This document shows positions 33,882 through 42,237 of a stretch of DNA of 61,329 bases, piece after piece (the first letter of the stretch is position 1; each line of letters opens with the position of its first letter). This DNA comes from a virus. The DNA lies in the IMG/VR virus record IMGVR_UViG_3300029825_000423, positions 1 through 61,329 of that record, one strand, 5' to 3'. A model generated the notes under the pieces. That model was not told the origin of the DNA. It did not search any database and was given only the letters and a program-made list of their open reading frames with translations. The translations under genes and the position numbers were made by a program.

Positions 33882-34196
33882 ATGGGAATCATTATAACAA
33901 CCAATAAAAAAATAGAAGAAGAATACGAAAGACGAAACATAGAACGTTCAATAAAAGAACACAAAACAATATTAGAAAATGAAAGACTGCAAAGAGAAAT
34001 AAAAAGGATACGGGCAATATGTCCCGTTATTAATGCAGCATACAAAGAACCAATGGGATGTGAATCCGATATTTGCGGAACCAAACTGTGTAGATACTGC
34101 ACACTAAAACCAATGTCTAAAGCATGTGGAAACGAAATAGACAAAGTAAACGCAAATCGCTTTTATGAATATAAAAAGGCAACAAATGAAAACTAA
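33882..34196 (+). CDS. Coiled-coil/Cys-rich protein (104 aa)
   Basis: Charged N-terminal half. C-terminal CPV..CESDICGTKLCRYC..C. Confidence 0.55.
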   Translation: MGIIITTNKKIEEEYERRNIERSIKEHKTILENERLQREIKRIRAICPVINAAYKEPMGCESDICGTKLCRYCTLKPMSKACGNEIDKVNANRFYEYKKATNEN

Positions 34197-34231
34197 GGGA
34201 AACTTCCCTTAAAATCTGTTTTTAAAAACGA

Positions 34232-34573
34232 CTATTTGTACTTTAGATTATTCTCAGACGTCATGTAAATGCTCTCTATAGCCTTCAAGAAACGATGATC
34301 TTCTGGTTTTGATGTTTGTATACCAATCGTCGTCACGGCGTCTAAAATCACCTCTAATTCGTCCTTGTTAAATCCATTCTTCCTTTTCTCTTCATAGCAC
34401 ACCGGACATTCTTCCCCGACGCTTACAAGCTTTCCGTCAATTTTCATATACAGTGATTGAATGTAAGTTCTGCAGCGAGGACATTTCGTTTTTATTTTCT
34501 GCCCCCTACCCTGCTGTGGTCTGGTTTCTGAAGATTTAATTGGCATTAACAGTCCTCTTCCCAACCCCGACAT
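34232..34573 (-). CDS. Zinc-ribbon protein (113 aa)
   Basis: Contains KCPRCRTY .. ECPVCYEE. Confidence 0.6.
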   Translation of the reverse strand: MSGLGRGLLMPIKSSETRPQQGRGQKIKTKCPRCRTYIQSLYMKIDGKLVSVGEECPVCYEEKRKNGFNKDELEVILDAVTTIGIQTSKPEDHRFLKAIESIYMTSENNLKYK

Positions 34574-34578
34574 TCTTA

Positions 34579-34800
34579 TTATACAACCCTAACGGTGTAG
34601 TTTCCACCGAACACTTCCTCAAACACCGCATGAAAAGCAGCGTTCTCATTCTCCATATCACAAGTTGCATTCCCAACGGAGAAATCACAAGAAGCCATAC
34701 AGACATTACCAAAATACATACCGGTCATCATGACATTTTCATATTCAGTGTGCTCAACAACGACTTCGACATCAACCATACCATTTACATTGTACATCAT
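34579..34800 (-). CDS. Hypothetical protein (73 aa)
   Basis: ORF immediately upstream of 34573, co-directional with it. Confidence 0.5.
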   Translation of the reverse strand: MMYNVNGMVDVEVVVEHTEYENVMMTGMYFGNVCMASCDFSVGNATCDMENENAAFHAVFEEVFGGNYTVRVV

Positions 34801-34983
34801 TTCTTTTCATCTCCAATTTACTAATTTACTAATTTTACCTTGATATTCTCTACGCATCAAAAGTATTTAAGCATTGTGTATAGACACAACCAATGCACAT
34901 ATACAAAAAATTTAATTAAATGGTTAATGCTTTATACAACTTCAACCTTTTTAATAGAAATGACAAAAATTTGGGGGAAAACC

Positions 34984-35289
34984 ATGACAGAACAAGTAAC
35001 AAGCCTGAAAGAAATGCATGGCAAACTAAACGAAGAGAAAAAGCAACTCAGAGCAAAAATAAGAGAATGTAGAGACGCGCTGCAGAGATGGGAAAAGGAT
35101 TTAAAGTACTACGAAGGAGCAGAAGACAGCGTGGACATAATGCTAAAAATGATCTGTGAAAATGCAATAAACCACATACCAGCAAACGAGATCGTACAAA
35201 ACGGTGACGCTGTGATGCATGAAGCATCCGCGCAAAAGCCAGCTTCTTCTTCTCGTAGCCGGTCCACAAGCAGCAGAGGGAAGAAATGA
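34984..35289 (+). CDS. Coiled-coil protein with Ser/Arg-rich tail
   Basis: ATG follows GGGGGAAAACC. Translation begins MTEQVTSLKEMHGKLNEEKKQLRAKIRECRDALQRWEKDLKYYEG. Confidence 0.55.
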   Translation: MTEQVTSLKEMHGKLNEEKKQLRAKIRECRDALQRWEKDLKYYEGAEDSVDIMLKMICENAINHIPANEIVQNGDAVMHEASAQKPASSSRSRSTSSRGKK

Positions 35290-35616
35290 TTAATCTCCCC
35301 TCGTTATCTCTATAATTGCATACCCACCAATCGGCCTATAATACTCGAATTTCAGCTTAACACGCTCTCCTTTTTCTATTTCTATTGGGTCTGTGACAAT
35401 TACAGAGTAGTAGGTTTTATTTTCTCCAAAGTGCTCATTTTCAGGTGCAATATTAACAAACAAAGCTGTATGACTGTTGTATACACCCACGCTCTGCCAA
35501 TTGAGTTTTCCAGTCACATAATAATCATCATGAACTTCCGTTTCAGATGCGTACACATACGCACACACTGGCACGCACAACACCACACACAGTATAATAG
35601 CATGTAAAACCTTCAT
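35290..35616 (-). CDS. Secreted small beta-rich protein
   Basis: ATG 35616 forms an ATGA overlap with the acetyltransferase stop. Signal peptide is MKVLHAIILCVVLCVPVCAYVYA. Confidence 0.6.
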   Translation of the reverse strand: MKVLHAIILCVVLCVPVCAYVYASETEVHDDYYVTGKLNWQSVGVYNSHTALFVNIAPENEHFGENKTYYSVIVTDPIEIEKGERVKLKFEYYRPIGGYAIIEITRGD

Positions 35617-36053
35617 TTCCAAACCCCCTTGACTCTTTCGTTTTCTGGAACATCCTTCAACACAAGCGCGTGAGCTCCGATAACTGCACCATTCCCTACA
35701 CGGACATTTCCGAGAATCGAAGCATTGCAGCCGATAAACACGTTATCGCCAACCGCTATTTTTTCTGCAGGTCCTTCGGGATTAACTTTTCCCAAAGTTA
35801 CACCGTGCCTAATATCACAGTTTTTTCCTATCTCCGTTCCGGGATTGATACTGATACCGAACGGGTGACCGAAGAACGTTCCACGCGGGACGCTATCAAT
35901 GTCAACATCACAAAGAAAAACCAAACGCAACGGCAATCTCTTATTTAAACATTTGCATATGTCAATTGCGTTTTTTATTCGTTTTTTGGCTAAATTTTGA
36001 ATTACTTTTATCCTCGGTGTACGTTTTTTCAAGAACACGTTTGCATTTTTCAT
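35613..36053 (-). CDS. Hexapeptide-repeat (LbH) acetyltransferase
   Basis: Left-handed beta-helix repeats: IGKNCDIRHGVTLGK..VGDNVFIGCNASILGNVRVGNGAVIGAHALV. The N-terminus overlaps the upstream GT by about 90 nt, so the start is uncertain. Confidence 0.8.
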   Translation of the reverse strand: MKNANVFLKKRTPRIKVIQNLAKKRIKNAIDICKCLNKRLPLRLVFLCDVDIDSVPRGTFFGHPFGISINPGTEIGKNCDIRHGVTLGKVNPEGPAEKIAVGDNVFIGCNASILGNVRVGNGAVIGAHALVLKDVPENERVKGVWK

Positions 36054-36894
36054 AGTATTTTTTCTCCCTCTCCTGTATCATCGGAAGCGTCCATTTATTT
36101 TCGAGTATAAATTCAAGTATGTTATAAATACCGTCCCACCCACATACAGATACGTTAATAAATGGGCTTTCAAACTGTTTTTTCACATAGCATACGACCG
36201 GAACACCCATCGCAGCACACTCCATGGCAGAAACACCGTAATAACCTATACGCAATTGATCAATGTATAGGTCACATTTTGCCATTTCCAGCAAAATTTC
36301 TTCGTGTGGCTGTCCTGTAATTGTCTCATACTCGAAGTCGTACTTTTCTTTCAGCTCTGTAATTGCCTCCTCGATATACTTAGTGCCCTTGATTTCCGGA
36401 TTAGTCGGGCAGTGCAATATTCTGAACTTGTGTTCAGAATACGCTTCGCGCTCTTTCCACGGCAATTCCCAATCAATTGCCACGTTTGGTAACCACGTTG
36501 CGTTGGGTACATATTTCAGCAGGTCCGGAGTCGAAACATAAATTATGTCTGCAAGTCCGTTGTACCACGGCAATTGTTTTCCTCGCGCGTCCGATCCATG
36601 GTAATGTATCACAATTTCCTTTCCCAAAAGCTTGAATAATGCAATATCAAGCCCGTTGAAAATTGTTTTTTTGTGGAAATGGATTCTGTCATATTTCGGG
36701 CATAACCACAAATATTTAAACATGTTTTTTACGGACCCGAAATTCTTGCCCTGCAGCAAAAATTTGAAATCAACTGGATAATTTAATTTATTGCCGCAAG
36801 TTATTACGATATCCGACTTATCACAATTTCGTCTATCAATTTCTCTTAATACAACTGGCACGCCTGCAGTATCCCCAACATGAAGAACTTTCAT
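35962..36894 (-). CDS. GT-B fold glycosyltransferase (GT1/GT4-like)
   Basis: C-terminal domain reads KCDLYIDQLRIGYYGVSAMECAAMGVPVVCYV, an E-x7-E-like region. Operon partner of 36891. Confidence 0.8.
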   Translation of the reverse strand: MKVLHVGDTAGVPVVLREIDRRNCDKSDIVITCGNKLNYPVDFKFLLQGKNFGSVKNMFKYLWLCPKYDRIHFHKKTIFNGLDIALFKLLGKEIVIHYHGSDARGKQLPWYNGLADIIYVSTPDLLKYVPNATWLPNVAIDWELPWKEREAYSEHKFRILHCPTNPEIKGTKYIEEAITELKEKYDFEYETITGQPHEEILLEMAKCDLYIDQLRIGYYGVSAMECAAMGVPVVCYVKKQFESPFINVSVCGWDGIYNILEFILENKWTLPMIQEREKKYYEKCKRVLEKTYTEDKSNSKFSQKTNKKRN

Positions 36895-37964
36895 TTTTCA
36901 TTCTCCAAACTTTTATACAAGCTTAATAATTTTTCTTCTTCCCATCCAAACTGTGCGGTCAAGCATTTTCGTGAATATTCGGTACAATATGGAATTGCCT
37001 CTCTAATTGCCTCAACAGACTCTTCCACGTTATCTGGATCTATTAGAATCCCGTAACCTTCGTCTTCAATAAACTGATTTCCTTTCGTTCTGCTGGCAAT
37101 TACAGGAATCCCACTCATTATATATTCAAACGTCTTTGTGCTTCTCGCGGTCTCGTATCTATCGGTTTTCTCATATAGACAGAACCCCCACGAAACATCA
37201 TCAAGGAATTTATTTACCTCACAATGCGGAATTACGCCGCAGTAAGTTACGTGCTCACAGTTCTCGGGTATATCGGTTTTGTCAAATGCCATTCCAGCAA
37301 TCTTATACCGGACATCAGGCACATACTCAGACAATTTCCTGACAATTTCAACGCTTTGTGGGATCTTCCTAAGATTCATCATTCCAACATACCCGAAATT
37401 GCAACCTGACCTTACCTTTTTTGTATATCCCGTTGGATAATTATGGATTATCTGGTTATGTTTTACCTGATTACCCATTTCCTCATCTACTACAATTACC
37501 TTATCTGCAACGTTCTCCATCATAAATTTTTCTGAAACCGTTTCGACAAATTCAATAACATTTGCGAGTTTTTTAAGTCCTCTAGCGTCGAACCTCTCTC
37601 TTATCAGTCTCGGGTAATATTCGTGTCTGTCATAGATTACTTTAGAACCATATAAGAGCTTTAATGCGCTCCCTACGGCAAGAGAAGACGGTTCATGCAC
37701 ATGTACAATGTCTGGTTTCTGTACAAGTCCCGTAAGAAATGCCTTAAAGCAATTTGATATATGCTTTGAATACTTCAATTCGCCTGGATAACAGATTATA
37801 TTTATTCCATCTATCCCCCTATACGAATCTAACGCTTTCACAGCCGTTCCAAGTGCAATAACATTAACATCATATTTCCCACATTCAACAAGCGTTTTTG
37901 CTTCTTTGTGGTAAATTCTATGGTCATACGGTCCGTGTACAGTTGTAAGCATGGCAACTTTCAT
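36891..37964 (-). CDS. Glycosyltransferase family 4-like
   Basis: N-terminus is MKVAMLTTVHGPYDHRIYHKEAKTL. C-terminal domain is STKTFEYIMSGIPVIASRTKGNQFI. Confidence 0.85.
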   Translation of the reverse strand: MKVAMLTTVHGPYDHRIYHKEAKTLVECGKYDVNVIALGTAVKALDSYRGIDGINIICYPGELKYSKHISNCFKAFLTGLVQKPDIVHVHEPSSLAVGSALKLLYGSKVIYDRHEYYPRLIRERFDARGLKKLANVIEFVETVSEKFMMENVADKVIVVDEEMGNQVKHNQIIHNYPTGYTKKVRSGCNFGYVGMMNLRKIPQSVEIVRKLSEYVPDVRYKIAGMAFDKTDIPENCEHVTYCGVIPHCEVNKFLDDVSWGFCLYEKTDRYETARSTKTFEYIMSGIPVIASRTKGNQFIEDEGYGILIDPDNVEESVEAIREAIPYCTEYSRKCLTAQFGWEEEKLLSLYKSLENEK

Positions 37965-38305
37965 AATTTTTCCTCCATAAGTTTTTCGATTTTATCTAAC
38001 CGTTCATTCATATCATCAAACTCTTTTTTTATGGGGTTGCGGTGTTTCCAGGACTGCCTATTCGTATATTGAATCAGTGACGGATAAACGATTGAATAAT
38101 AAATACACCACCATGCAATAACCCCGGAAATGATAATTATCATCCCATAATATATTGGGATGTACACTTTTAAAAACCTATCGTAGAAAAGAGTCCACAC
38201 ACCAACAAAGTTTAGCATGTTAAATATGAAATTGGATTGGGTGATTATTTGGATTAATCCCCCAATCTGACCAGAATCAACATGGAATTGTCTCATGAAC
38301 ACCAA
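37961..38305 (-). CDS. Membrane protein (3 TM)
   Basis: Hydrophobic ORF with a 4-nt overlap with the GT4 gene. Possible start at ATG 38296. Confidence 0.6.
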   Translation of the reverse strand: MVFMRQFHVDSGQIGGLIQIITQSNFIFNMLNFVGVWTLFYDRFLKVYIPIYYGMIIIISGVIAWWCIYYSIVYPSLIQYTNRQSWKHRNPIKKEFDDMNERLDKIEKLMEEKL

Positions 38306-38306
38306 C

Positions 38307-38648
38307 TCAACAAAAATCTTTTTCGATTACAACTCTCAATTCGTCTATGTCGTCGAATAGCAATTTCGACGCGCTCAACACTCGCTCGTATAAACGTTCT
38401 TCAACGTTTCCAATTCTGAGAATGCATGTTTTGGTGTCAAATTTCCCCCAAAAATGTATGGAAAAATCGAAAAACACCCGATCATACCAATGCTTCTTAA
38501 GCACATAAAAATCAAAGTACATTATTTCATTTTTTGTGTAATCGTGGACCACACGTATATTATTAATAGATCCGTTGTTGCGTATTCTTCTACATATACG
38601 CCGCGTTTTACACTCGTCTTTATCAAGTTCTTTTATTTCGATTGTCAT
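38307..38648 (-). CDS. Hypothetical protein
   Basis: ATG 38648 follows GAGGGGAAAC. Confidence 0.55.
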   Translation of the reverse strand: MTIEIKELDKDECKTRRICRRIRNNGSINNIRVVHDYTKNEIMYFDFYVLKKHWYDRVFFDFSIHFWGKFDTKTCILRIGNVEERLYERVLSASKLLFDDIDELRVVIEKDFC

Positions 38649-38656
38649 GTTTCCCC

Positions 38657-38959
38657 TCAATCTATCAAATCCCTGAAACTAAACCAGCCTTTCTTTATGC
38701 AGACCCAAACAAGATAACCCATTAAATCAACAACGTCGTTTTTTCTGAGTTCTTCACTGTTTCGTATCCGGTTTATTTTGTCATCGATCCTGGCATATAA
38801 CAAATCGCCTGATTCTGAATTTTTTGCAAAAACGTGAATAGGTTCGGATATGGAACTTCCGTACATACCGTCTTTCACATGCAAAAATTTAGAAAGTGAT
38901 TTGCACACCGAATTAATTTGCTTTCTTGTTGACAACGCTTCTGGATTGAATGTAGTCAT
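38657..38959 (-). CDS. DUF1599 (nucleotide-modification-associated domain 1)-like protein
   Basis: ATG follows AGGAGAGAACTCG. The pattern MYGSSISEP..GDLLYARIDDKINRIRN..NDVVDLMGYLVWVCI matches my recollection of DUF1599 (KxxDYG..R..DK..R..D..D...Y). No search was run. Confidence 0.5.
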   Translation of the reverse strand: MTTFNPEALSTRKQINSVCKSLSKFLHVKDGMYGSSISEPIHVFAKNSESGDLLYARIDDKINRIRNSEELRKNDVVDLMGYLVWVCIKKGWFSFRDLID

Positions 38960-39036
38960 CGAGTTCTCTCCTAACAAATTCTTTGTCTTTTTTTCTTCTA
39001 CTCCATGCATAATCTTCCCGATTTCTAAAACGGTTG

Positions 39037-39252
39037 TTACTCATTTTCGACGCCCCTTAATGACAAACACATAAACACAATGCCTGAAAAAATCAAGCAA
39101 TAAAAAACAATGAAATGCCAACTAACGAAACCCGACCGGACTGAAATCGGCAAATCTTGCCCAACGTAACCGATCGGGTCTGGCGCAATTACATATACAA
39201 CAAGCGCAAACACAAAGGACAAAATACACGCAAAATCATACCTACGCACCAT
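39037..39252 (-). CDS. Membrane mini-protein (2 TM)
   Basis: Hydrophobic 71-aa ORF starting 2 nt after the MazG-like stop. Confidence 0.5.
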   Translation of the reverse strand: MVRRYDFACILSFVFALVVYVIAPDPIGYVGQDLPISVRSGFVSWHFIVFYCLIFSGIVFMCLSLRGVENE

Positions 39253-39253
39253 C

Positions 39254-39547
39254 TCAACACCTTTTGTTTCCGTGTCTGTACGGTCTCCCTTTGTTTATTT
39301 CATGCTTCTTTCTTATTTCTTCTTCAAGGTCAATTCCAAACGCTTCGCACATGTCCATAACTCTTATTACAACGTCTGCGAGTTCTTCTTTCATGTGTTC
39401 GTCTTCGTATTTCCTATACGCTTCAAGTGACTCGGACACTTCCGCATGAACCAGACACAATAGCTCTGGAATTCTTACGTTAGTGTCCCACCACCCATGA
39501 TTTATAGCGTTTTTGTGAATCTCTTTTTGCCATTCTGCAATTTCCAT
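39254..39547 (-). CDS. MazG-like all-alpha nucleoside-triphosphate pyrophosphohydrolase
   Basis: Contains EWQKEIHKNAINHGWW..LVHAEVSESLEAYRK..EELADVVIRVMDMCEAFGIDLEEEIRKKHEIN, with the E-x2-E .. E-x2-D metal-binding pattern. Confidence 0.8.
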   Translation of the reverse strand: MEIAEWQKEIHKNAINHGWWDTNVRIPELLCLVHAEVSESLEAYRKYEDEHMKEELADVVIRVMDMCEAFGIDLEEEIRKKHEINKGRPYRHGNKRC

Positions 39548-39557
39548 TTTAACTGCC

Positions 39558-40991
39558 TCAATTATTTTTCTTTCGAATGTTAATCACCGGTTTATATTCA
39601 ATACTCCTACCAGCTTTACTTTCCTGCCGTTTCTTCTCTGCAATTTCATCGGAATAATACAACGGAGACGGAACTTTCATGCACCGTTCATCCGGACTGC
39701 AGACACAAAGACCCCGCAACGAAACCCCCTTCGGAAAACCCAAGTTATCAATAGCGTTCAGCCTTTCGCATGTCGGCACTTTCATACTTCTATAATAACT
39801 TTCGAATAAATTACTTTTTCTTGCATTCCATCTGTCAGCAAGCATGTTAAACCAATCGAACGCTTCTTCTTCTTCTATACCCATTTGCCCCAAGTATGAA
39901 CAGAACACGGCCAATGCCCTTGTCGCGCCTTCTCCGCATTCATCTAACTCAAACAAGTTTTTCATGCACGGTGCCCATTTTTCATAACCTATCGGTGTTT
40001 CTGACATCTCAACTTCTCTGCCGTCCATCCTGCTTATTGCAGATCTTCTGTTTTTGTAAGAGTGTTCGAGATACGGCTTAAAGACTTTGTTAAGAAATTC
40101 GGTCCCGTCGTCATACTCCATATACCACTTTTCCCCTTTGGCAATTACCGAGTCACTAAGCGGAATTGTCGCCTCTTCAAAGTCTATCTCGATCTTATCC
40201 GGATTCAACGGAACTACAGCATAATCTAAACTCTTATGTACGCTGTAGATTGTCTTAAACACTCTCTGAGAGCCGTTTAGTTGGTCAGGCTTAACTTTAC
40301 CTATATGTTGCGGAAACGCCTTAAAAAACGATTCTCGCATGTCTCCGATGAAGCAGTCAAAGGCGTCTAAGAAAGTCAGTAACATCATGTCCCATTCTTC
40401 GGAATCTCTGAATCTGTCGAAATACTTTTCAAATGCCTTATGATGCAACATTACATATATTCCACCACCCGAATACAAAACGTAAACAGAATTCGGCAAG
40501 TGTTCGCGAAGAATATTTACAAAATACTGCGCCATGTCTTCTACAGCTTGTTTTACATCAGGTGAATGAATATCACATCCATGTTCTTTGTCGATGTCAA
40601 TTCCAAGAGTGTACCCCATAGTATAAGCCCTGCTTAGCATCGGGCCATCGGCTTTGTCCACCTTCTTGTAATCCACGTCATAAATTTCTTTATCGAAAAC
40701 ATTTAAGGTCCAGTACAACGTCCGGCACTCTGTCACCGCATTAAAATAATCTTTTCTGCTCGACAGATCGATTTTTTTCTTTGCTTTCCTGCTTCCCGGG
40801 CGTAGGTTATACCAGTCCATTGAATCTTTTAGCTCCCCCGTTTCCCTGTCAACGTAAGCGCATGGAGTGAATTTCATTCCAGCCCTACTAAAATTCCCAT
40901 CAGTTGAAATCCTTGTAATTGCCTCGACAATTTCAGGACGTTTATAATGTTCTCGTATATCTTTCTGATTAAGCACATTCCCCACCCACAA
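39558..40991 (-). CDS. Archaeo-eukaryotic primase (PriS-like catalytic domain fused to Cys-rich C-terminal domain)
   Basis: Motif I is LGIDIDK and motif II is YSGGGIYVMLHH. The C-terminal region has several Cys (PCMKN, DECGEG, CERL, CVCSPDERC) that could bind a metal or Fe-S cluster. The start is TTG 40991 or GTG 40976. Confidence 0.75.
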   Translation of the reverse strand: MWVGNVLNQKDIREHYKRPEIVEAITRISTDGNFSRAGMKFTPCAYVDRETGELKDSMDWYNLRPGSRKAKKKIDLSSRKDYFNAVTECRTLYWTLNVFDKEIYDVDYKKVDKADGPMLSRAYTMGYTLGIDIDKEHGCDIHSPDVKQAVEDMAQYFVNILREHLPNSVYVLYSGGGIYVMLHHKAFEKYFDRFRDSEEWDMMLLTFLDAFDCFIGDMRESFFKAFPQHIGKVKPDQLNGSQRVFKTIYSVHKSLDYAVVPLNPDKIEIDFEEATIPLSDSVIAKGEKWYMEYDDGTEFLNKVFKPYLEHSYKNRRSAISRMDGREVEMSETPIGYEKWAPCMKNLFELDECGEGATRALAVFCSYLGQMGIEEEEAFDWFNMLADRWNARKSNLFESYYRSMKVPTCERLNAIDNLGFPKGVSLRGLCVCSPDERCMKVPSPLYYSDEIAEKKRQESKAGRSIEYKPVINIRKKNN

Positions 40992-41460
40992 GGCAATTAC
41001 AGAATTCTACATTTTGATTAAGCACGTTGTAAAAACGTTCTTCGTATGTCTTCTTTCCGTGAATTTCAGCTATCTTGTGTATAGCACAGTGACATTCGTG
41101 GCAGAGTGGCAGAAGGTTCGCAATGTCATTTGTTCCCCCTTCCGCGCGTGGTACAATGTGGTGTATCTCTAAATTTTCAGGATTTCCACATATAGCACAT
41201 TCTCCCCCGAAAATGTATATTACGCGCTTCTTCATTACTCCCCTAACATCCCGGTATTTGTACCCTTTGTGCTCGTTCTTCCGGTTGAGAATCAGTTGAT
41301 CACTTTCTTTTCTGTTCTCGATATAATTCCTGTAATGGAATCTCACTTTATTGAGTGACGTTCCTATGTTGAACCGACACAAAAACATTTTCGATTGTTC
41401 GACGCTTGTTTCTTTCTCGTTCACTGATTTTCCCCCAAAAATCACTTGAACTTTAAACAA
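40969..41460 (-). CDS. HNH endonuclease
   Basis: Contains CAICGNPENLEIHHIVPRAEGGTNDIANLLPLCHECHCAIH. The likely start is GTG 41424, after GGGGGAAAATCA. Confidence 0.85.
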   Translation of the reverse strand: MFKVQVIFGGKSVNEKETSVEQSKMFLCRFNIGTSLNKVRFHYRNYIENRKESDQLILNRKNEHKGYKYRDVRGVMKKRVIYIFGGECAICGNPENLEIHHIVPRAEGGTNDIANLLPLCHECHCAIHKIAEIHGKKTYEERFYNVLNQNVEFCNCLVGGECA

Positions 41461-41529
41461 ATAATTTATTTAACATGTATGAGTTCAAACTATAAAAAGA
41501 TTATCCGATTGAAATCACGAAAGAATGGT

Positions 41530-41703
41530 TTATTCATTCTTTCTCCAAATTGAATCAACAATAAATGCAAAAAATAAAACAAAACAAATATTTGCTGCAA
41601 AATTAACTGAAATTATATCAAAAGCATATAAAATTATTGTCATAAATACAAAAATTACTATAATCGTTGCGTTATTTAAACCTTCAATAAATTTATCTAA
41701 CAT
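41530..41703 (-). CDS. Membrane mini-protein (2 TM)
   Basis: ATG 41703 follows GGAGGGATAAT. Translation begins MLDKFIEGLNNATIIVIFVFMTIILYAF. Confidence 0.45.
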   Translation of the reverse strand: MLDKFIEGLNNATIIVIFVFMTIILYAFDIISVNFAANICFVLFFAFIVDSIWRKNE

Positions 41704-41704
41704 A

Positions 41705-41878
41705 TTATCCCTCCATTTTTTTAATAAAGTAATTGCCGAACGAAATTGCATCCACGGTTAAAAACAGGTCACCGGTTAGCCATATACGGTTTGCGCATGC
41801 ACAACGATCCACCGCGACGAATGCCGTCCCAGCAACACCGAACACGACCCCGATAAACCCGATTACAGCACTGAGCAT
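41705..41878 (-). CDS. Membrane mini-protein (57 aa)
   Basis: TAATG overlap with the upstream gene. Translation begins MLSAVIGFIGVVFGVAGTAFVAVDRCACANRIW. Confidence 0.45.
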   Translation of the reverse strand: MLSAVIGFIGVVFGVAGTAFVAVDRCACANRIWLTGDLFLTVDAISFGNYFIKKMEG

Positions 41879-42237
41879 TAGCAATACCCCTTTATCCCCT
41901 CTTCCAGATCAAAGAGCCCGTTCCATTCGAAAAGGCAATTTTGATTTGTAATGCAATTACGATTGCAGAAGTCACACACGTTCATCGAACCGTTGTTTTC
42001 CACGGCAACCCGAACGTCTTTTTTATCGAGGAAACGAATAAAATATGCTTCCTCTTGCAATATCTCAATTACTCCATACATCCGGCGTTCACTTTTTATT
42101 AGCGTGTTAAAAACGTTTTCTGGTTCATCTGTTATGCATTCGACCTGCCCATAGACAGGAACATCGACCGTTACAATTTTATCGTTTACGAGTATGATTT
42201 CCCCAATAGTCCTCACGTTTCTTTCCCCCATCAACAA
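41878..42237 (-). CDS. Hypothetical protein
   Basis: 119-aa ORF overlapping the helicase 3' end by about 58 nt, so the start is uncertain. Confidence 0.5.
   Translation of the reverse strand: MLMGERNVRTIGEIILVNDKIVTVDVPVYGQVECITDEPENVFNTLIKSERRMYGVIEILQEEAYFIRFLDKKDVRVAVENNGSMNVCDFCNRNCITNQNCLFEWNGLFDLEEGIKGYC

Noticed and set aside
33044-34144. Minus-strand ORFs 32988..33296, 33044..33562, 33625..33834 and 33716..34144
   Set aside because: They have Leu/Phe/Cys/Ser-rich antisense-type composition. The plus strand carries RBS-preceded ORFs with normal composition and stop-start spacing.
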